DNA from: an uncultured virus (IMG/VR IMGVR_UViG_3300037808_001436)
Taxonomy: Duplodnaviria; Heunggongvirae; Uroviricota; Caudoviricetes
Reading direction: 5' to 3' (one strand)
Virus record (IMG/VR): IMGVR_UViG_3300037808_001436
Length of the DNA: 64,000 nt
The position numbers were made by a program, and so were the translations under genes. The notes beneath the pieces are model-generated. The model did not search any database. It was not told the DNA's origin and worked only from the letters and a program-made list of their open reading frames with translations. Numbering within the stretch: the first letter of the stretch is position 1; each line of letters starts with the position of its first letter. This document shows positions 58,901-64,000 of the stretch, piece by piece.

Positions 58901-59410
58901 GGTGCATTAGACAATCTGGTAGATGACCGTTTTACTGGCAGAAAACACTTCTGGAGTGCGTGTGTCGTAGAGCGCCCAAAAAATCTTAAGAAGTTTTTGG
59001 AGAATTTGGAAATATACAAGCCAGAAGGCGACTTCTCCGAGGAAGAGATCATCCAGTTTAAAACTGACCTAACAGGGATCTTCCCGATGAACCTTGTTAT
59101 GAGCAATGACATGATCATGAAGCTAAAAGAAAAGTATATTCCACCAATTTCTGAGTTTGACCCGGATTTGGAAGTATGCTGGTTTATACCTCGCAAAGTC
59201 GTGCCTCGCAAAACAAAGAATGGAAAGACTTATTGGATCTTAGAGGTGATTGACTCTAATAACGAACTAACTAAGATAAGGTGCTGGGGAGTAAAACCCG
59301 AAAAAGATCGCATTCATGTTAACCGTCCGTATATGAGCCGGCTGGATTACAACGATCAGTGGGGTTTCTCAACCAGGTCTATTAAATATAATTTTCGACT
59401 ATTGGGGTAA
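55976..59410 (+). CDS. dnaE: DNA polymerase III alpha subunit
   Basis: PHP LHAHS..S..D, ALTDHG, GPGRGSACGSLV, FERFL, YPDIDTD, HAGG, KFDLLGL, YGFSKNHA. Confidence 0.95.
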   Translation: MIKFVGLHAHSVAGSIFDAIGYPQEHMDFCYSNGGDALALTDHGNMNGLSWQVLHAKKMKAEGKDFKPIFGVEAYFTTSVAEWREAYDAAMADKKKARAAKKSAQSGATAEDEGDTKAAQPILKRRRHLILLAQNQTGLNNLYKMVSKSYTEEYFYRYPRMDYDLLREHSEGVIAASACLGGVYAGNYWENRDEGTGAVLDAMRETTIEMQSIFGDRWYAELQWNNIPEQHELNKHIIQIAKEFDIKMISTADSHYPNPDAWKDRELYKQLGWIGKGKPKWKTDQEDDEEKSVIPDSVDTIGYELYPKNGDQMWESYKHYSELQGAEYDDELVLQSIEETYRIAHERIESFMPDTTVRLPDFVVPEGATATQALVRYAIDGLRELKLHTNDEYVQRLRHELDVIDRRGFSKYFLTMKAIVDEATAVMLVGPGRGSACGSLVAYVLKITQIDPIKYALPFERFLRSDATDYPDIDTDVSAPMELKERLIEKWGEDRVAPISNWNTLQLKSLIKDISKLYDIPFTEVNTVTSAMMNEAIGPAKDRHGISAGVYVPTWEEVLEFSTSLRTFLAQHPEVQERVQGLVGQVRSCSRHAGGLLVSENLNENMPLINSGGVRQSPWAEGQNVRHLEPMGFIKFDLLGLSTLKMIEGCIEHILRRHHGVEECTFDQIRDYYNEKLHPDVLDLNDQSVYKHVFHKGNFAGTFQFTNNGAQDFCKNVKPTNIAEISAVTSIFRPGPLSAKVHDQYIAAKDGITAIEWYHPIFKEITEESYGHVIYQEQISEITHRIGKDISRDDGNTIRKLLTKKGTGKEHLLVKFREQFIHGASEKGMSISTAEEIWLLMEGFAKYGFSKNHATAYSIISYQCAWLWKKYPSEWVAAFLDKEPEARKEKAINTAKSHGFDIEPLDINKSGTVWEISKDGKTLIQPLTSIKGLGMSAIEQVLDHRPFMNAEDLLFREEVSYSKFNKKALDALCRGGALDNLVDDRFTGRKHFWSACVVERPKNLKKFLENLEIYKPEGDFSEEEIIQFKTDLTGIFPMNLVMSNDMIMKLKEKYIPPISEFDPDLEVCWFIPRKVVPRKTKNGKTYWILEVIDSNNELTKIRCWGVKPEKDRIHVNRPYMSRLDYNDQWGFSTRSIKYNFRLLG

Positions 59411-59416
59411 ACAACA

Positions 59417-60022
59417 ATGAACATCATCAAGTACTTTTCACCGCTCTTAAAAGAGCCAGAGTTTAAAACAGACCTACCGGTCGTATTACGAGTGAGGAAG
59501 TTTGATGACGCCGCCGCCAAAGAGTTTTCAAGTTTAATATCGAGAGCCCAGAACACAGGGCAGCCAGTTATCCCAATAATAATAGACAGTTACGGTGGGC
59601 AAGTATACAGTTTAATGTCTATGATATCAGATATTAAGCATTCAAAGATCCCGGTGGCCACCATCGTACAGGGTAAAGCCATGTCATGTGGAGCGATCTT
59701 ATTTAGCTTTGGTACTGAAGGGTATAGATACATGGACCCGGATTCAACGGTAATGATTCATGATGTCAGTTCTATGGCCTGGGGCAAAGTAGAAGAGATT
59801 AAAGTAAGTGCAGACGAGACTGATCGTCTCAACAAGAAGATCTATACAATGATGGCAGAGAACTGTGGTCACCATAAGGACTACTTCCTCGATATCGTCC
59901 ATGAGAAGGGCCACGCTGACTGGTTCATAGAGGCCGACGAATGCAAGAAGCATAACCTCGCAAGTCATCTATTTATTCCAGAACTTAAGATCAAGGTAAG
60001 TGTTGACTTTAACTTCGGTTAA
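59417..60022 (+). CDS. clpP: ClpP-like protease
   Basis: IDSYGGQV, GKAMSCG (catalytic Ser), VMIH. Confidence 0.8.
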   Translation: MNIIKYFSPLLKEPEFKTDLPVVLRVRKFDDAAAKEFSSLISRAQNTGQPVIPIIIDSYGGQVYSLMSMISDIKHSKIPVATIVQGKAMSCGAILFSFGTEGYRYMDPDSTVMIHDVSSMAWGKVEEIKVSADETDRLNKKIYTMMAENCGHHKDYFLDIVHEKGHADWFIEADECKKHNLASHLFIPELKIKVSVDFNFG

Positions 60023-60034
60023 GGAGAGCGTACC

Positions 60035-60781
60035 ATGGCGGTTAGCACAAAAATTAGATGGAAGCGTTATATTAACGAACTTCGGTTTATAAATGAAGAG
60101 CTTGACTTCGTAAAGGAGATTAATAAAGCGTCTTCCCGCGAGTTTCAAGCACACTACGAAGACTATTGTGTTAAAAATGAGCTTGACCTTGCTGGGTTAA
60201 ACAAAGAGCACAGCGCCAAGCTTGATAAATTATATCAAGGTGAGGGCACACCCGAGGACAACAAGCAGAACCCCGAGCTTGGTGCCTATACGGATGGATC
60301 TCTCGTAATTCATAATGCCCCCCCCGAACAGCAGTTAAATAGCAGCGATGGCGAGGTATATCCGCAACAGTTAGGTGACTACCAAATGTCGAAAGATGAA
60401 ATGGAGATCCATGAGGCGTTTAATAAAGTGTTTAGAAAAATAGCACTACTGCTCCACCCGGATAAATTGGACAAGAGCTTGACAGACGAGGAAAGAGATG
60501 TTAAGTTAAATATGTTCAAAGAAGCAAAGACGGCATTGGAAGAACGCAAGTATTTTATTATTCTCGACATAGCAGAAAAGTTTAATATCACAACCCCCAA
60601 GAATTATAAACAGCAAATTCGCTGGATGAAGAAAGAGACAGGTACATTGAACGAAGAACTTTCAAAAGAGAAGAATACATACAACTACATCTTCTCCGAG
60701 TGCGACAGCGATCGCGAGAAGGATAACATCGTAAAGAGGTTCATGTCTCAGTTGTTCGGCCCTCAAGTTTTTAACAAATAG
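60035..60781 (+). CDS. J-domain-containing protein
   Basis: FRKIALLLHPDK followed by MFKEAK.A helix. Confidence 0.65.
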   Translation: MAVSTKIRWKRYINELRFINEELDFVKEINKASSREFQAHYEDYCVKNELDLAGLNKEHSAKLDKLYQGEGTPEDNKQNPELGAYTDGSLVIHNAPPEQQLNSSDGEVYPQQLGDYQMSKDEMEIHEAFNKVFRKIALLLHPDKLDKSLTDEERDVKLNMFKEAKTALEERKYFIILDIAEKFNITTPKNYKQQIRWMKKETGTLNEELSKEKNTYNYIFSECDSDREKDNIVKRFMSQLFGPQVFNK

Positions 60782-60784
60782 TAC

Positions 60785-60813
60785 TTGACAACGCCCCCGC
60801 GGCTTGTTATAAT
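60785..60813 (+). promoter_or_regulatory. Consensus sigma70 promoter TTGACA-17-TATAAT
   Basis: Perfect consensus with TG extension. Confidence 0.85.
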
Positions 60814-60850
60814 ATTAGAGTAAATAAGACCAAACCCACAAGGAGGGAAA

Positions 60851-61102
60851 ATGGCATCATCACACGACGAGAAGAAGCAATACGTTAAGGAATATATTCG
60901 ATCGCTATCAGCGATTGAAGAGTGCATCGAGCCTTACCAAGAACAAAAGCGCGAGCTACGTTCAGAATTTCGCCAGAACGGCTGGCTAAATACAGATGAG
61001 ATTCGAGCAGCAGTGAAGGCATATCGTTTGTTCCGTGGTAACTTCAACATTGACGAGGTAGTCGATAATTTTAAGACTATTTCTGGAGGGGATGATGCCT
61101 AA
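60851..61102 (+). CDS. Small helical protein, possibly dsDNA-binding (GapR/DsbA-like)
   Basis: AGGAGG RBS; YIRSL..IE......EQKREL..E....G.......AAVK pattern. Confidence 0.5.
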   Translation: MASSHDEKKQYVKEYIRSLSAIEECIEPYQEQKRELRSEFRQNGWLNTDEIRAAVKAYRLFRGNFNIDEVVDNFKTISGGDDA

Positions 61103-62846
61103 AGCAATTGACATTACGCCTAGTACGGAGGTGCTGTATGCTACCGGCCGGACAGGTTATAAATGGCCACAAGCAGCCATGGAGTTACTGGATAACGCAG
61201 AGGATGCAATGCGCAGGCAGTATTCTATTCACAAAAAGAAGATGAAGGTATATGTAGATCCGATACGGGTCAGTGCCGCTGATCATTCGATTGAAAAAAT
61301 TATATTCGCAGACAACGGCACCGGAATCGAAAAAAGCTTCCTAGAAAGTGGTAACATTTTCAAGTTGGGAGAGTCGACGACACGCCATAATTTAAAGAAG
61401 GCCACCGGTACTTTTGGGATGGGCCTTAAGGCCGCCGCACAGACTCTTGGAAATCAGGTCACGATACTCACAACCACTACAGATATTAGCAATTTGGTAG
61501 CGGCTACGTGGAACTTTCAAGAAACTATACGTTCTGGTAAATGGGTTGCTACTTTCTTACAAAGATATGAATTGACGAAGGAGCAGGTACGAATTTATAA
61601 AAAATATGTTGGCATAGGCAGTGGAACCGTGATAATCATTGAAGACATTTCAACCGCTTTGCCAACACATGTTGCGTTTCGCTCCACTCTTCGTAATAGA
61701 GTCGAACATTCCTACCGCCATCTGTTAAACACAGAAAGTGGCTTAGAATATAGTTTTCCGCAAGAGATTTATATCGGCGGTAAAGGCTCTCCCCCAGTAG
61801 CGAAAGATAACGATCCTTTGTGTGTATCGAGTGATCGCACCGATATTATTTATGGTGATAAACTTGGTGGATTCAAGACCATGGATTACAATGGGTGGAA
61901 ATTTAAGATTCGCTTGACACACACGCGTCTTCATAAAGGTGAACAACGTTCGGCAGTGCCCGGCCTCGAAGGCCTTGGTCAATTTATGGCTGGAGTACAG
62001 CGCCAAGGAGCATATTATATCCGTAATGGTCGCGAGATTTGCCGCGGTAGTTTATGGAAGAGCACTGTTATGTCGTCTAACATGTTTGCGGAGATTGCTT
62101 TTATCGACAACGGGAGAGATAATCCAAATAATCCAACGTACATAACCACCGATTATGGAAAAAAGGGAGTGGTTTTAGATGAAAAATTTGAAACCTGGAT
62201 CAACAAATATGTAATCGGCCCGCACATAAAGCGTTTATCCAAAGAATCAAGGCTCAACGCAGCTAAGACAACCAAAGGTTCCCGAGATCAAATCAAGAAA
62301 GTGATTGAAAAAACTTCATTGCCTTCTGAACACTTCGGCCGCGCTCGTCAAACCAAGAAAGAAAAGCAAAATTCAAAGGTTGAAAATATCTTTTCGAAGA
62401 GCAAGAAAAAGCCGACCGGTCGCAAGAACTCTAAGTATCGTGGTACCAGCATCATGGCCGGCCACACCGATATCGACATTAGAATTGAAGAGCAACAGTG
62501 GGTTGGCTCCCCCTTCCCATTTAATGTGGAATACACTGCGGGCGATCCGTTCGTGACTGTGATCATAAATACTGACTTTCCGTGGATTAAGAAAGCGCTT
62601 TTTGAAAATACAGATCCAGAGCTTGTCGCAAGAAACTATCAAATGATTTCATCAATTTGTATTTCTCTTATGTATCAAGATGATGAGACCAAGAATGAAA
62701 TTCTTGAGCATCAAGGAGTCTTGCTGGACTTATTTGAGGATGAGTTTGGGCAAAGAATTAGATCAGAGGTGGAAAACATGGAATTAGATATGGTAATTAT
62801 TCCTGATTCAAGCACCTATCAACAGGAAGAGGCAGCTAACAAATGA
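61092..62846 (+). CDS. GHKL (MORC/Hsp90-like) ATPase domain protein
   Basis: ELLDNAEDA, FADNGTGI, GTFGMGLKAA, GSGTVIII. Confidence 0.82.
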   Translation: MMPKAIDITPSTEVLYATGRTGYKWPQAAMELLDNAEDAMRRQYSIHKKKMKVYVDPIRVSAADHSIEKIIFADNGTGIEKSFLESGNIFKLGESTTRHNLKKATGTFGMGLKAAAQTLGNQVTILTTTTDISNLVAATWNFQETIRSGKWVATFLQRYELTKEQVRIYKKYVGIGSGTVIIIEDISTALPTHVAFRSTLRNRVEHSYRHLLNTESGLEYSFPQEIYIGGKGSPPVAKDNDPLCVSSDRTDIIYGDKLGGFKTMDYNGWKFKIRLTHTRLHKGEQRSAVPGLEGLGQFMAGVQRQGAYYIRNGREICRGSLWKSTVMSSNMFAEIAFIDNGRDNPNNPTYITTDYGKKGVVLDEKFETWINKYVIGPHIKRLSKESRLNAAKTTKGSRDQIKKVIEKTSLPSEHFGRARQTKKEKQNSKVENIFSKSKKKPTGRKNSKYRGTSIMAGHTDIDIRIEEQQWVGSPFPFNVEYTAGDPFVTVIINTDFPWIKKALFENTDPELVARNYQMISSICISLMYQDDETKNEILEHQGVLLDLFEDEFGQRIRSEVENMELDMVIIPDSSTYQQEEAANK

Positions 62847-63301
62847 TTATTCAATATGCCAAGACACATCCACTGGTTCAGACGCCCGTACGGGCAAATC
62901 CCTCTGACGCGGGCCTCGATGTATTCTACTCACCAGTAGATGAACATCTAAAGGTATGCATTGCTCCCAGCACCAGTCGTGTTATTCCAACAGGACTTAA
63001 GTTCGAGGTACCACACGGTTTCATGCTTGAAGTGAAGAACCGCTCAAGCGTGGCGGCCAAGAGAAGCTTGCTGGTAGGGGCGTGTGTCGTAGATAGTGGA
63101 TATAACGGTGAAGTATTTGTAAATCTTCATAATGTTGGTATTGAGAGTCAGTCCATCAAAGCCGGCGATAAGATTGCACAACTGGTAATGGTGCCGGTAC
63201 TACATCCACGACCGGTAGAAACATATGAACGTGAGCTATACGCGTCAGCCGTCACAATTAGCGATAGAGGCGCTGGAGCCTTGGGGAGTACAGATGAATA
63301 A
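62843..63301 (+). CDS. dut: Trimeric dUTPase
   Basis: DAGLD, NRSS, VVDSGYNGE, GDKIAQL, RGAGALGST. Confidence 0.93.
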   Translation: MIIQYAKTHPLVQTPVRANPSDAGLDVFYSPVDEHLKVCIAPSTSRVIPTGLKFEVPHGFMLEVKNRSSVAAKRSLLVGACVVDSGYNGEVFVNLHNVGIESQSIKAGDKIAQLVMVPVLHPRPVETYERELYASAVTISDRGAGALGSTDE

Positions 63302-63767
63302 AGCAACACAAAAAACACTATTTAGCTCAGCCACAGGCGATTGGGCGACACCACAAAACTTCTTTGATAAGTTAAACTGGCGGTTCGGGCCATTTGATCT
63401 GGACCCCTGCGCTAGCCCCCACAATACTAAGTGTGCAAACTTCTTCACAGAAATAGAGGACGGCTTAGGAAAGGATTGGGAAGGATTCACATGCTTTGTT
63501 AACCCTCCGTATGGAAGAGGCATTGACAGGTGGATTGAAAAGGGATATCGCGAGTCGCTGAAACCACACACAAAGGTGGTCATGCTCATTCCGGCAAGAA
63601 CAGACACCAAGTATTGGCATAAATATGTTATGCTAGCATCAGAATTGTACTTCGTCAAGGGCCGCTTAAAGTTTGGAGATAGTACAAACAGCGCCCCATT
63701 TCCATCAGCAGTGGTGGTATTTGATGGCGAAAGCAAGCAACAAGTCTTCGGCGCAATGAACCGATAA
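63294..63767 (+). CDS. Phage DNA N6-adenine methyltransferase (Dam family)
   Basis: WATPQ, FDLDPCA, NPPY, LIPARTDT, GRLKF, APFPS; ATG 63294 with GGAG RBS. Confidence 0.9.
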   Translation: MNKATQKTLFSSATGDWATPQNFFDKLNWRFGPFDLDPCASPHNTKCANFFTEIEDGLGKDWEGFTCFVNPPYGRGIDRWIEKGYRESLKPHTKVVMLIPARTDTKYWHKYVMLASELYFVKGRLKFGDSTNSAPFPSAVVVFDGESKQQVFGAMNR

Positions 63768-63795
63768 CCCAACAGTAAAAAAGGAAAGAACAACA

Positions 63796-64000
63796 ATGGC
63801 TAAAGAAACATCAGAAGCAGCAATTTTACAATTACGAGCCAAAGCTCTCGAAGTATATGGTATTATTAAGGATACCCTTGCAAAACCAGCAGAGGAAGGA
63901 GACGCTGATAAGATTGCTGTCCAGGCGCTTAAGCTAGCGCAATTTGAAGGCGGTATGTTGACACTCCAACAGTATTTTGCATCGGCGACACCAGACCCCG
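63796..64000 (+). CDS. Hypothetical protein, 3' truncated by window edge
   Basis: AAGGA RBS, MAKETSEAAILQLRAK... open to end. Confidence 0.55.
   Translation, partial: MAKETSEAAILQLRAKALEVYGIIKDTLAKPAEEGDADKIAVQALKLAQFEGGMLTLQQYFASATPDP

Noticed and set aside
7296..59410. Inteins or introns in terminase, RecA, helicase, RNR or DnaE
   Set aside because: Lengths are ordinary and motifs are contiguous; no intein-like insertion or frame break seen.
340..63796. Numerous minus-strand and alternate-frame ORFs in the ORF track
   Set aside because: They are shadows of well-supported + strand genes, lack RBSs or recognisable motifs, and the + strand is already densely tiled.
1..64000. Stop-codon reassignment (alternative genetic code)
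   Set aside because: Core genes are full-length in the standard code and TAA, TAG and TGA all serve as stops at gene boundaries.
1..64000. tRNA/rRNA genes
   Set aside because: Intergenic gaps are short and I saw no cloverleaf with T-loop GTTCRA and acceptor stem; a tRNAscan run would be needed to exclude fully.

Overview
This window is part of a large dsDNA tailed phage genome (myovirus, distantly T4-like, probably jumbo-size). Essentially all credible genes are on the + strand and read in the standard code. Order: end of an SbcC/gp46-like ATPase; small proteins with a shared N-terminal 'MKxTKxQLKQIIKEE' leader; a tubulin/FtsZ-family gene followed by an HNH endonuclease; a putative holin/spanin-like cluster; terminase, portal, prohead protease, ribosomal protein bS21, four paralogous fibre-like proteins, scaffold, major capsid, neck, sheath, tube, tail chaperone, tape measure and baseplate-like genes (about 7.3-41.7 kb). 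A replication/metabolism block follows: PolA-like, second tubulin-like, gp32-like SSB, RecA, deaminase, 5'-3' exonuclease, helicase, class II RNR, GroES-like, amidase, DnaE, ClpP, J-domain, MORC-like ATPase, dUTPase and adenine MTase. Most notable observations: (1) four covarying H-type pseudoknot-like elements, each 22-29 nt upstream of a start codon between SSB and recA; (2) a family of unrelated proteins sharing short terminal motifs that resemble capsid-targeting/protease-cleavage tags; (3) an HNH insertion with a synonymously recoded duplicate of the tubulin 3' end; (4) a two-class promoter system (ACTAHTTA vs TTGACA-17-TATAAT); (5) a candidate +1/-2 frameshift in the tail chaperone. All functional calls come from recognising motifs by eye; no database searches were run.
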